Source: Guillardia theta CCMP2712 (Eukaryota; Protista; Cryptophyta). From it: a stretch of DNA of 64,000 bases. A model generated the notes under the pieces. The model searched no databases, was not told the DNA's origin, and saw only the letters and a program-made list of their open reading frames with translations. Of the stretch, positions 11,430-28,001 are shown piece by piece (the first letter of the stretch is position 1; each line of letters begins with the position of its first letter). The stretch lies in assembly GCF_000315625.1 (NCBI RefSeq), contig NW_005434503.1, positions 36,175 through 100,174 of the forward strand, read 5' to 3'. A program made the translations under genes and the position numbers.

Positions 11430-13975
11430 GTGAGAAGCATGAATCAGCAGAGCGGCAGGGGAAGAGAGCAGACGTGATCTCGTTGTAGATGAAGCAGAAG
11501 GCGTCTGATGACTGTGGGTCCTGAAGTGCCGGTGAGGTCGAGTGACTGAGAGCAGAGTCAAGTTTCAACAGTTGTCAACTAACCTGCAACTTCTTTTTGA
11601 CACTGACAAGCTCCACACAGGGATGGTCGTACTGACAGACCCAAACCTCCTCGATCCCCGTCACTATGAGTCTACCGAGACCACCTGCGCAAACAGCATG
11701 AGCATGAGCATGAGCATGAGCATGAGACCTGTGACGAAGGTTTTCTTTCCTCCACGTCGTGAGAGCGATCGGATGATGGTTGTCCAGGTCTGGTTCAAGA
11801 AGCATTGCCGAGTGACTTGCGGGTTCAGAAAGCGGAGCACCACCACCCCCGACCCTCCATCGCCAGCATCGCCAACAACGTTTCCATGTCCTCCATTGCC
11901 CGTGTTGCTGGCGGCAGGAGATCGCGGAGTCGTCATGTAAAACTTCCAAGGGTAGTGATCGACTCCGTCGCCTTCTCCTCCTGCTGCGTACCTCACCACT
12001 TGCTCTGTAATGCTGAACGCCCTGCCTGGTCCACCTAGGCCACCCAAGTTCTTCCATGTCCCTGTAACCCCTGGCCCTCCTCCTCCTCCTCCTCCTCCTC
12101 CTGTGGCACCCCACCAATTGGAAGGCGCATATGAGCTTCCTCCTCGATGCCCTTGCCCTTGCATGGGAGCACCTCCCAATCCAAGGTAGTCGCCTCCTCC
12201 ACCTCCTGATCCACCACTTCTTCCTGTAGTGTAGGCATCATTTGGCCCAGCCCATCCTCCTCCTCCTCCTCCAAAAGCCACGAGGTTGTCGAACTGAGAG
12301 TTCTGACCATCGTTACCAGTTCCATCAGCATGCAAGCCCCCTGCTCCAACGCGGACGATCTTGGTTCCTGCCCGTACCAACTCTCTCTTCCGGTAGATCA
12401 GGCCTCCTCCACCGCCGCCGCCTCCTCCTCTGTTGCCGTAACAAGATGGACACAGCTTGCCTCCAGCTCCACCTCCAGCTACAATCAGGATGTCACAGAA
12501 AGCGTCAACAGAGAAGTTGACAAGGTATTGGACATTGGGTCAGTGAAGCGAGCATACTGAAAGCTGGTTCCCGGGATGTCATGAACTGCAACAGGCGGAA
12601 GGAAAGAGATATTGAGAGTCTCTTGCTGCCCCTCTATCAAGTAACTGCTCGAGCTAGCCACCGGTTTGACTCCAAGACACGTTGCAGATGTGTTAGAGCA
12701 CTGCGGTGAACCCACATCGTACAAGACTGACGGCGGCCATGACGGTTGATAGCAGAGGTGGGAAGAATATTGAAAGTTCATTCGCACGTCGATCTCGCGT
12801 GCTGTCATGAGCCCGTCGAAGGCGTCGCTTGACACGCAGCTGAGCTCATTGTCTTCCAGCTCGAGATACTCCAAGCTCACCAACCCCGAGAAAGTGTTGC
12901 CCTGTATGCTCGACAGCTTGTTGGAGTGCAACGTGAGATGCGTCAGGCTAGAGAGCTGCTGGAACAAACCAGCCTGAACCTCTCCGATCTGATTGATATG
13001 CAAGTACAAGCCCTGCAGATTTGCGAGCGAGTCAAACAAGCCTAGCGGGAGCTCTTCCAGCTCGTTGTAGGACAACCAAAGCTCCTGTAGACCAGTGAGA
13101 GCGCTGAAAGTGTTAATGGGGATGGTCGAGATCTTGTTGTCGAAGAGATACAAGAACTGCAAGTTCTCAAGGCCTTTCAGCATGTTGTTCGATACGGAGG
13201 ACAACAGATTGTTCTCTAGCCTGAGCTCCACCACCGACGACAACCCTGCAAACTCACCGTCTGCAATCTCCGCGATTTTGTTGCCATGGAGGTAAAGATA
13301 CTGAAGACTAGCCATATTGGTGAAAGTTTTGTTCTTCAACGCCGTCAGCTCGTTTCCGTACAAAGTCAGATGAGTGAAGCTTGAGTTACGGCACAGCATT
13401 CTCTCAGGTAGACTTGACAACTGATTGCTGTGTAGACTCAGCCAGTTCAAGCTGCAAAGTTTCTCAAAGATTCCCTCAGGGAGGGAGGTGAGACGGTTGC
13501 CGTGCAAGTCGATTCCCTGGAGACTCAGCAGCTTGTCGAAGATTCCTGGAGGCAGCTGGGAGAGGTAGGTGTCGAACAAGGTGAGGTAGCTCATGCCCTG
13601 CAAGTGATCGAAGAGTCCAGCTGGTACGCTGTCAAACTCATTCACCTCTAGAGCCAGCCCCTGGAGCGTGACGTTTGAGAGACCATCGAAAATGCCAGGA
13701 GGAAGCGTCGTGATCTGATTGTGATCGATTCCCAGGCTCGTCAGGCCTTCAAGGTCCGCGAAAACACCCGGAGTCAAGGTTCGGATGCCTTTGGCCGCAA
13801 GATTGAGCGTGCTGCAATCTGAGAAGCAGCTGCCCTCCCTTGTGAGCACACCAGCATCGGATACTGTGAAGGTGCATCCGCCGCATGTCACTGCGGTGTA
13901 TCCTCTTGCTTGACTCACGTTCTGTGCGACCAAGATACACAAAAGAAAAGTCGAGGGCAGGAGATGTCTGAGCAT
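11430..13975 (-). CDS. Secreted leucine-rich-repeat protein with C-terminal glycine-rich domain (1-nt frameshift near 12538)
   Basis: Signal peptide, Cys cap and ~14 24-aa LRRs (LxxLxLxxNxLxxLPxxxF), then in the -1 frame CDILIVAGGGAGG...VRVGAGG...GGSGVVVLRF. 3' end approximate. Confidence 0.8.
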
Positions 13976-14019
13976 GATCTATTTTTGAAGGCCTGCAGAT
14001 TTTGAAGCAACCCACTTCC

Positions 14020-14060
14020 TGTCTCTCTGTCTCTGTCTCTGTCTCTCACTCACTCACTCA

Positions 14061-14095
<35 letters not shown>

Positions 14096-14150
14096 TCTCT
14101 CTCTCACACACACACACTCTCTCTCTCTCACACACACACTCTCTCCTCTC
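14020..14150. repeat. (CT)n/(CA)n compound microsatellite
   Basis: Directly visible. Confidence 0.9.
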
Positions 14151-17100
14151 TCCTAGCTCGTGTGCCGGTAGAAGCAGAGTGGTCGAGCTGGGAGCTCCCC
14201 CCAGATTTGCAAAGCTGCTAATTATCTGAGCCCGCCTTACCACTCAACGCAGGCAGAAGGGAGACAGCGAAGAAATGACTACCTGCAGCAGTGGTGCCGC
14301 CAAGACGAGGGAGGTAAAGATAAGATGCCAATCCCAACTGTCAGGTTGGCCTGAATTAGCTGCAACCATGATATGCATGGAGTCACGGGCGACGTCAGTG
14401 AGTGGAAGAGGGAGAATGAAGCGATCGCTTAACAAGGAGAGAGAAAAGACGTCAGTGAAGCAAGGAAGCGAAGGAGATGCAAGCACTGTGGAGGGGGAGC
14501 GAACACCGAGCGGAGCTTCATTTGAACACCATTGTATGAGAGTCGAGTAGACTTGAGGAGTGAAATCAGGAGAAGAACGAGCAGAGAAGAGTCACAGCGC
14601 TTTATCTCGCATTGAAGATGAGTGAACCACAAGGGAAGGGAAGGAGGCTGAGATAGAAAACCTATGGCCAGTAAACTTCTAAACAAGAAATCAGCGACGA
14701 CTCTGGGCTATGTGCAATCAGTCATGGCAGAGGTGGGACACTGACAAGTTCCGTGGATCGAACTTGTTCTCCTTGAAAGAGAAAGCATCTTGGTCACTTC
14801 AGCTCTTCGTTGGTATTTGTGCTCGCAAGCATCTCGAAAGGTCGCAAGATATCAATACTCAACGTCTGCATGCTTCTTCTGCCCCCTCTCGTTCTCTCGG
14901 CCTTGCTGGAGAGAGAACATTCCTGTCTCACTTCCCATGCAGCTTGTCTGAAGACTCCTGACAAGTGCGGAGATAGGGATGAAAGACACCGGGTCTTAGC
15001 AGCACAACCTCAGTGTCTTGTCCATGCACGTGGTCTCATGTCGCAGCCTCTTGCTAGACGCTAGTTGCTCTCAGCTAACTTGTTCCCCCATCAGCCGGGT
15101 GCCATCGGCTACCGGGCTCCTCTTTCGTCCATCCAGCATTTCCCTCATCCCTTACCCCAAACGAACATACGATGATGCTCTCAGTATCGAAACTTGCATG
15201 ATTGATGAGCTTTCTGCTCCACAAGAGACAAGCACTCAAGGCTAGCTTCGTCTTCCTGCTCCTGACTGGATCCAGCTCAGAGACTGTTTGTGGACAACCT
15301 CGTGACCTCTTAGGAGGTGCGGCGACTGCTTCTTGCAGACAAGCTCTGCGACTGGAAGTCACCAGGGCAGTCTGCTAGTAAGGCGCAGGCTCAGCATTCA
15401 GACAGTAAGGCTAGAGAGCCAGGGGGCATCAAGGAGGATTCTTGTGCGCTCTTATGAATCCTATCAGCTGCTTCTTCCACCAGTCGAAACCCATGTCGTC
15501 AAAGTCTGCCGGTACGTGTCGGAGCGCCTCTGCCAGGCCCGACGGACAATCGCCATGCTCGCTGCACATCCGCTCAAAGTGAAAGACCTGCACAAGAGTC
15601 TCAGAGTGGAGGCGACCAGACATCTTCTAACCCCATGCACATCCAGAAAAGAGCAGCTGCTGCCTGTACGCTCAGAGCCCAACAGAGCCTCTCTTGCATA
15701 GCGCATTCGCTCGTTGTCGTCTGCCCCCCTTTCCCCTGGATCTGCAAGCACGAGAGCTCGCTTGAGCGAGACGGCAATCGACAAGAGGCCTGCACAGAAG
15801 ATGGCGAGGAAGGCGAGGAAGATGAGGAGAGGGATGGGAGAAGAACGAGAGGAAAGAAAACAAAATCAGCAAGATGAGAACAGTGAGAGCAGCCCGGCGC
15901 CTACCTGCAATGATCCCGTCTCTTCCAGCTGCATCCCACTCTTTTCCCAGGGAGCTCAAACTTTCATACATAATCAGATTCAAACGTCAAATGCCACTCC
16001 ACCTTGGGACGCGAGCGACTAGCACGCTGGAAGCATTGCAGACTAAGGCAGGGGACGATCAGTGACGAGCAGGGGAGCAGAGGAGCTACCTGGAGGGTTT
16101 TGAGATGCTTCCAGAAAGTCCATGGCGTGCTTTTCATTTGCCTCTCCTCCACCAGCAGACGCTTCACAAGCGTCAGGTAGGAATGCCGCTACAATAATAC
16201 CTTGCAAACAATCCCCCACGAAGAACGATGCGGATAGAGAAGTTTGATATTCTTTCAACATACCATCAGTATCACTGCCTCAAAGTTGCTAAACATCTCA
16301 ATCTCCATCATGACATCAAAGTGCAAAAGAGAGACAAGAATAACAAGAAAAATTAACCGTGATCGATAACGTCAACATCATGCCATCCATGTGACATTTG
16401 CGGCAACACGAAGTGAGTCAAACTGCAAAAAGAAGTCAATGTTTCTCGTCAAGGCGACAAAGGCTTCAAGTAAGAACGACCGATCAGTCACTGCTGCTCC
16501 TGTGAGGTGAGCGACTGTATGACCGTCGAGGAGGATAGAGAAGTCAAGATTCCTGGGAGCACAAACCTGCAAGAAGGATCATTCTACACGCGTCAACCTC
16601 CCCGCAACTCACTTGCTGCCTGCAAGGTCTGTCGCTTGTTCGGCTGTAGAGGAGGTATACAGCCACCGAGGCTGACGACACGCACGAGCTGTGGACCATG
16701 GATGAGACACCTGCTGCTCAGCCCCCATCAAGTTGGAGGTAGGGCGCTTACCCATCTACGGGAGCAAGCAGCACGAGCTTGGAGATGGGCGAGGCTGTTT
16801 TGTGAGTGTGAGAGACAAGAAGGAGGGTGACAGAAAGGCACCTTGCCAGGAGTTTGGAAGGGAGAAGCGACGAGGCTCAGCCTGAGGAGGAGCATACCTT
16901 AAGAGCGCTGAGAGCACAGCACGGCTGACCCTACCTTGACATGACCGTGAAACACTCGCGACCAGACCTGCGACCACAAGATGAGGAGACTGTGAGGTCC
17001 CACAGGAGGGTTGCTCGAGACCTGGTCAACGGTCGATGCATTCGAATCAGCAGGGAAATGCTCGAACAAGAAATTCTGATGGGCGAGATACTCTCTGACT

Positions 17101-18550
17101 TCTTCTTCTTGATCCCATGAGTGATCCTTCGTTCTGACAGGTGACTTCATCAACAAGTAAGTATGCAAAGCATTCACCTTGACGCCTCCTCTGGTAGCTC
17201 CCAGTAATGCCAAGCTCCTTGCGGTTGGCCTCCCCCAAAGCCGTAACTGTTGACCCGCTTGCCTGCATCTTCATTGTAAGCGGAGTTTCATGTCACAAGC
17301 TGATTCTCCATCTCTCTCCTCCTCAATCAAGTTTCCACAATATAGCTTGCTTGTAAGTTCTCATCCTTGAACATAGTCTCACGTGATGTTTCTTTGACAT
17401 GAGCCGCCGTTTCCCTCCTCCTCGTTGAAATCATCATCATCAAACACGAGGAACTCACAGTGTTGTAGAGTCCATGCAAGAACAGAGAGACCAGCGCTAG
17501 GAAATCGTTTCCCAAAGTCTGCACCACATCTTGTGTGTCGACTTCACGAGGGCATCAAGGAGCGCACCTGAAGAGAACGAATCTTCCCATCCCAGCTGCT
17601 TTCTTGCAGCTTGTATGAGCCAGGGCGAGAAGAGGAGAACACGATGGTCCTCGTCCTTTGTGATGTTTCCCCCAGCCGCAAACCTGCGGTGAAGTTGCAA
17701 GTGGCTCCTCAAGTCGTCGGGGATTCTGCGCCCTATGAGATCATGGCGGGAGCATCAGCGTCCTACCGCGTCAGCAGGTGCAGGATCCTCTCCCCATCCG
17801 ACACTCTGCGTCGGGGAGCCGTTGAATGATAGACAACTCGGAGGTCACTTCTTGTTCCCACATCGCCCTCGAACCCAACTGCCAACATTCATGAGCTTTT
17901 CTCTGCCAGCGGGCCCTCGCGTCATCACCATGCTCTACGGCTCCTCCAAACCGAATCACAAGATCGTTCTTGTCGATCTCTTCACCAAAAGACGACCCCA
18001 CGAGATGCCATGCGTTGCCGACCACAGCGCAGGTCCCGCATTTCTCCGCTCCGCACTTCCACCGCAAGACGCTCTCTGCTTGTTTCGGAAATTTCGTGAG
18101 GTTGTGTTGATCCAATATATCCAGCAGCTCCACAAGAAAGTCTAAACATCTGGGTTTGCTGACATGGCAGCCTTCCATCCTATACCTGCAAACTACTCAG
18201 CTTGTCGCCCCAGGTCACCAGGCATTGACACCTTGCAGGAAACCACGTGCGGGAGCTCCGTTCGGACCTTCAAGACAGGAGCTTGTCGTCATTGACGCAT
18301 ATCAGCGCATGCTTGCTTACATTCTCGCGCAGTCTTGCTTCGGCGAGCATCTTGAGGAGTCTTCTGCAGGCTCTTGAGGATCTCCCTCAGTATTTGCACT
18401 CGTGACAACGCTGTTCATGGCTTCGCCTGCCCAGACGTCTCGCGCGAGTTTCCCCTGCCATGAAGCTCTATGTTCCCGGGTGATGATCTCTTCGCTAGGA
18501 CTCTCTCCTATCGCCCTCGAGAGGAGAAGAACCAACAGCATCCCTCGCAT
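14058..18550 (-). CDS. GT29 sialyltransferase-like protein with long unknown C-terminal extension, multi-exon
   Basis: Signal peptide MRGMLLVLLLSRAIG. Sialylmotif L CAVVGNAWHLVGSSFGEEIDKNDLVIRF (~18030-17950), S PSAGLSVLAWTLQH|CKRVNSYGF (spliced ~17460/17260), III HYWE and VS HSWDQE. Linkage of exons 14058-17000 to the same gene is inferred. Confidence 0.75.
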
Positions 18551-18638
18551 ACTGAATGCGTCCACTCGACTACTCCTCTGATGAGCACTGATCTTTTCAC
18601 TTCACTTTGAGTGAAGAGTCCGAAGCTCTAGCACCCCC

Positions 18639-18891
18639 GTCCTCGTACTGATTTTTCACTTAACTTTGAGTAAAGAAGGCCCGTCATTTGAGTGACGGTG
18701 CTACGGTGGCAACTTGCTTGTCGGATCAGGGAGCCCGGCCCGCGCGCGGCCCGCCAGCCCCCGGGCCCGGGCCCGGCCGGCGGTGGGAGTGACTCAGCCC
18801 GTTCACTCCGACCGGACCTACTCTTTTGACTCAAAGTCGGAAGTTAAAAATCAGTAGCCGAGGCCCGTGACAATCATGGGAGTCAGAAGAG
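18639..18891. repeat. Inverted pair of the dispersed ~55-bp repeat flanking a GC-rich core
   Basis: 18639-18679 (+) and 18821-18891 (-) face each other across ~140 bp. Confidence 0.7.
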
Positions 18892-19875
18892 GAGGCAGGC
18901 TTGACGGGGGCCCGGCCTGAGACTCTGTGACTCTGTCGCACAGGCCGCCATCAGTCCGATGATCATCGGATCATGCCTCCGACCCGGTCCGGCCGCCGGG
19001 GCCGCGATGGCCGCCGGAACAGTCACTCAAAACTTGTCACTGGCCGGTGCCCCGGCGCCGCGGGCAAACTTTGAAAGCTGAGTGAAGTGAATCTGATCGG
19101 ACTTGAAGCTGCAAGCGTCATGGCCATGGCACGGCCGGGACCCTGCGCCAGGGCCTTTCAAGAGGGGGTCCCCCTGAAAGAAATAACTAGTAGGAACAGA
19201 AAGAATTTTTCAAAAGGACCACGACCCGGCGTACCAACCATCATCCACCCTACCCCCGGCAACCCACCCGATGACCCCCCTCTCACGCCTTTACGCGGGA
19301 CTGGGAGCTCACCGTTGCCAGCCTTGAGAGAGCCTCTGATCTGATGAGCCTCAAGTAGTACCCCTACCACCCCCTACAGTCATCATGGCACCTCGGGACC
19401 GTCCTAGTAGTGCGGCCGGGTAGGGGGACCGGGATCCCATAGCTAGTTCATCATGTTTTACTCGCCGCTCGGCGGGACCAGATCTTCGTGACGCGGCGTC
19501 ACTGCCCGATCGGAGCGGGGGTGACAGGAGAGGGGTGGGGTCATACCACCCCCACCCCTCTCAAGGAGGATGGAGGACTGCTACCTCGTGCTACCGAAAC
19601 CGCCAGTAGTAACTTTTTATATAACCCAGTGGCACCGGGCCACTGAAGGTGGCCGGAAAAGCCTGGGGGTGGTGGGTGGTGAGAGGGTTGACTGTGTCAG
19701 GGTGGGATTCAAATTTCCTTCGGGTCCGGGGGGTACTCAGAGGTACCAGAGATACGGTAGATAGGGGGGTTGGGGGTGAAGCATATCATAGGCGGGAGGG
19801 GGTAGAATGAAAGACATGGTACCTACCCCCTTTCAACCCCGCTCGTCCTCCCCTCCTCTTGAGCAGGCACGGGCA

Positions 19876-21132
19876 ATGCTGATTCAACCGATTCCCTTGC
19901 CTCGCTCTCCTCGTCGCCTCCTCCCCTTCCTCTTCCTCTTTCTCTTCCATACTGTCATTGGCAATGGCGAAGACGGTATCGAGAAGCATGAAAACATCCT
20001 CAATGTCAGCCGCGTGTTTTGGATCACAGTCCATGAGGATCGGAAAGTTCCGGAGAACATTTGGCCAGGGGTTACGACAGAGCGATATATTGGATTGAGA
20101 GGAAGTGAGAGTCTTGTGAAATATTTGACTCCAAGGGCAAAACAAAATGTCCTTTATGGAAGAGATAGCGGGAAGGTGAGAATCTTCGCTCGATTTGAAT
20201 GACGCGACTATGAGCATGTTCACCGGCGCATGCATCCTGCTTGCTTCGTTTGTCCTCATGGGCGATTCGATCTGCTCGCTTGGTGACATGTTTGCAGGAG
20301 CTTCCGTCATGGAATGCTGTTGCTCTTTACTTAAATCATGTCGAGATATGGAAAAAAATCAAGCCAGGAGAAATCGTAGCGATCTTTGAGGTACTGAGTT
20401 AAAAATTCGTAGCAGACTAGTGTTATGCTCATGAATTTTTTGTCAGGAGGATGCTGAGATGCAGCATGGGACAAAGGAAATCCTTGAAAGCATGGACAGA
20501 GTGAGGATACGCGAAGGGAATCATAGTTGGTTTTACGGCGACAGCTTCTACCTGACGATGGACGCTTTCTGGGTCAAGGTACTGAATGTCTAAATTCACC
20601 TTCTTATCAATCCTTGGCACAATACTGAGAGTCGATGGTTGTGCAGGATTATGGCTGCAAGAAACCCTCGATTGATTTTGCTGAGGGTCAATGGATCAAG
20701 GACCTGCCATGTCACATGTGGTATGGAACATCCTCCTATCTCATTGGTGCTGGGGCTGCAAAAGAATTGCTTCAAAACGTGATGCCCATTGACATGCAAA
20801 TCGATGCATATGTGGCAACGCATGCAATCAGCAAGGGTAGCAGTAACGGGGGGACTGTACGATTTGCACAAACGACTCAGAGGTCTGTACTGCTGTAGCT
20901 CAGTGCTGAATGTTGCGATTCTGATATCTATGCATTCAGGTTGTACAAGCAATCTCTGTTCATTTCAGAAGTACAGAAAGTGGACGCATACGCGTTATAC
21001 ACATGGAGAGACACGCTGCTGGTGTTGATATTGGGTACAGCTCTTCCGTGTTTTGGGTTGGGATACGCCACTGGCTGGTTACTAAAATCTCCAGCATCTG
21101 GCAATGGTGGGAAAGAATTATCGAGATGTTGA
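19876..21132 (+). CDS. Glycosyltransferase family 25 protein, multi-exon
   Basis: Hydrophobic N-terminus; ALYLNHVEIWKKI...IFE|EDA and GTSSYLIGAGAAKELL...PIDMQIDAY are GT25 motifs; C-terminal TM segment. Confidence 0.8.
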
Positions 21133-21667
21133 AATCTCGACTCAACGATATAGGGGGAATCACGACAATTATTCATTCATTCCACTTGATATGTAATTAG
21201 GATCAATCGAAATTTCAATCAGAAGAAAACAACCTTCTCTTAGGACAACCTTCATCCTTTCTTTTTCTTGTCATCAATGTGTTTTTTTTAAACGAAAATG
21301 AGAATACACTCCAATTCTAATAAAAATCCTGTCAGAGAGCTGATGGTTGTTACATGCGGTGAAGTCGGTTCCTTGCAGTATCGCCTTCATGCTTGCCGCA
21401 CATGAAAGCATGTCGCAGGTGAGGGTCGCCATGAGGCATGTTGTTTCATATCCTCGCACATCTTTCCTCTCTCATCATGACATGTGCAGTAACTACACCT
21501 TCACCCGCTCGCCTCCTCCACTGCATCCTTTCCCGTTCCTCTCTTCCCGTTTATAACCCCATCATACCACCCCTCTAATTTACTTTCATGACCCCACCCT
21601 GAAAGCCCTGTTTCCTCCGACATCTGTTGGAAGCGAAAAGGAGGCAGGGCCGGGGAAAGCAGAAGAG

Positions 21668-22082
21668 GGAGGGGAGAGGGGAGAGGGGAGAGGGGAGAGA
21701 GGAGAGAGGAGAGAGGAGAGAGGAGAGAGGAGAGAGGAGAGAGGAGAGAGGAGAGAGGAGAGAGGAGAGAGGAGAGAGGAGAGAGGAGAGAGGAGAGAGG
21801 AGAGAGGAGAGAGGAGAGAGGAGAGAGGAGAGAGGAGAGAGGAGAGAGGAGAGAGGAGAGAGGAGAGAGGATAGAGCACAGAGGAGAGAGAGGAGAGAGG
21901 AGAGAGGAGAGAGGAGAGAGGAGAGAGGAGAGAGGAGAGAGGAGAGAGGAGAGAGGAGAGAGGAGAGAGGAGAGAGGGGAGAGGGGAGAGGGGAGAGGAG
22001 AGAGGGGAGAGGATACGGGATACGGGATACGGGATACAGGAGAGGGAACAGGGGAGAGGGGAGAGGGCAGTGAGGAGAGAGA
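21668..22082. repeat. (GGAGAGA)n heptamer satellite with GGATACG variants
   Basis: Directly visible. Confidence 0.95.
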
Positions 22083-22213
22083 GAAGGAAAGGACAATGAT
22101 GCAAAGAGGAACCTGGGAGGATGAAGAAGCTGAGAAGTGTTAGAGGACAATATCGGTGAAAAAGGTTTCCTGGCATTGCAGTAGATCTTCTGAGTTGAAT
22201 CTTCAAACCTACG

Positions 22214-26037
<3,824 letters not shown>

Positions 26038-26524
26038 TAGTTGTTCCTCATGTTAACTGGCTGCTGGGCTAGAGCCTGTTAAGACTTGAGGTCATTGCCA
26101 CGAGGAGGTAGAAGGAGATACGACACAAGTAATATCACAAGTGATCTAACTACAAGTAACTTAGTAACTACAAGTGTAGAAACATGATGAGAGTCTAGTG
26201 AATCACAGTCACTGACCGTCACCGCTACCGTCGGAAGGACTCCAACTTGGCTAGACGGGTACCAGCCTGAAGCCTTCAACGTTGCGATGACTCATTGGGA
26301 TCGGTACAGCTTGAGGCGATTGTCTACAACTGAGGGTTTAGTTTAGAACAAAACTATGTCAGATGGGGTTCGAATGATGGGAAAATGGGGGGTAGGGTGA
26401 TTGAATGCCTTCAGTCTGGTTGAGGGTAGGGGTATTTATATAGACAAACACTTCGGGACACGGGGGGTGGGGTAGTACCGCATGTGCAGTTCAGGAAATG
26501 GGAGTTGATCCAGGGGATGGGAAG

Positions 26525-26655
26525 GGAGAGAGGAGAGGAGAGGAGAGGAGAGGAGAGGAGAGGAGAGGAGAGGAGAGGAGAGGAGAGGAGAGGAGAGGAG
26601 AGGAGAGGAGAGGAGAGGAGAGGAGAAGAGAGGAGAAGAGAGGAGAAGAGAAGAT
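26525..26655. repeat. (GGAGA)n pentamer satellite
   Basis: Directly visible. Confidence 0.95.
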
Positions 26656-26963
26656 AGAATAGCTTAGTAAAATAGAATCCAGCAGCGTAGATGCAAGAAG
26701 ACATTGAGAAGAACTTAGTAGTGAAGAGGAAGGGCCAAAGACCGTTTGGGCGAAGCTTTGTTTGCTATCAAACTTCTGATGTTGATTGGCAGAAGTCATC
26801 ACGGAATTTGTTTCATCGCCTTCTGCTCCTTCCTAGAACAGCTGCAACAACAACTCACGTTGAGCTCACATCCTGCGAGAGAGATTGAGTCTCCCTCTCC
26901 CTCCCCCTCCTCCCCTTCTTCCTCCTTGCACAGACTCCTCCTGACGTACGAGAGAAGTAGAAT

Positions 26964-27949
26964 ATGAGCTCAAGCATTATCTCCAAGAGCGATCGAGCCT
27001 TCATTGAGCAGGCGGCGAAGGAGTCTCAGCGAGTTGACGGCCGCCGCTTGCTGGACCATCGCAGGGTAAGGATTCACTTCCATGTACAACCTGGCATGGT
27101 CGAAGTGCAGCTGGGAACATGCAGGTTGTGCTCGTCCTCGTCCACCTCGTCCTCCTCGTCCTCGTCCTCCTCGTCCTCGTCCTCCTTGTCCTCGTCCTCT
27201 TCCTCCCCCATCCCCCACTACCACCATCTCCTCTTCCTCTCGCTGACTTCTCAACAAGAGTACTCGGGGTCGTGAGCGCTGCTCTCGTCGTTCCCCCAGC
27301 AGAGCGTCCAGCAGAAGGGATCGTGTCCCTCGACCTCCTGCCACTCCCTCTTGCCGACTCGTCAACAGACGCGAACCGAGCAAGCGAGACCATGAAAGAC
27401 GGTCGAGCGATCTTGCAGGTGGCAAAGCAAAGGAGGAGAAGAAGGGAGGAGTGGGGAGTAGAGGAGGAGAAGGAGAAGGGAGCAGGAAAGAGAAAGACAT
27501 CGGAGACGAGGAGGAGCAAGGACGGGGACAAGAGGAGGAAGAAGCGGAGGTGTTAGTCTACTGAAATTCTGTCAGCGAGCGATTGTCAAGAGCCGATGCG
27601 TGGACGTGGAGTCACTTTGTGTCATCGCCGGGAAAGCAGTGTGGAAGGTTACAGTGGAATTGAAAGTGCTTGGTGAGAGAGGAGGAGAGGAGAGGAGAGG
27701 AGAGTGGAGGGAGGGGAGGAGTAGACGGAGCGGAGGGAACAAGCAGAGGGGAGTGGAGGGAGGCAGGGGACGGAAAGGGGAGGTAAGATTGAGTGTAAAC
27801 GAGTTGATCATGTTTGATACAGAGAATGGAGGCAACGTCACGGACTGCTGCAGCCTTGCCGCAGTCTTGTCTCTCAATCACTTCAAGTGAGAATTTCTTG
27901 CATGGCACTCCCGCTCCCTCCCCCAACCCTTCCGCCACCTGTTGCTTCC

Positions 27950-28001
<52 letters not shown>

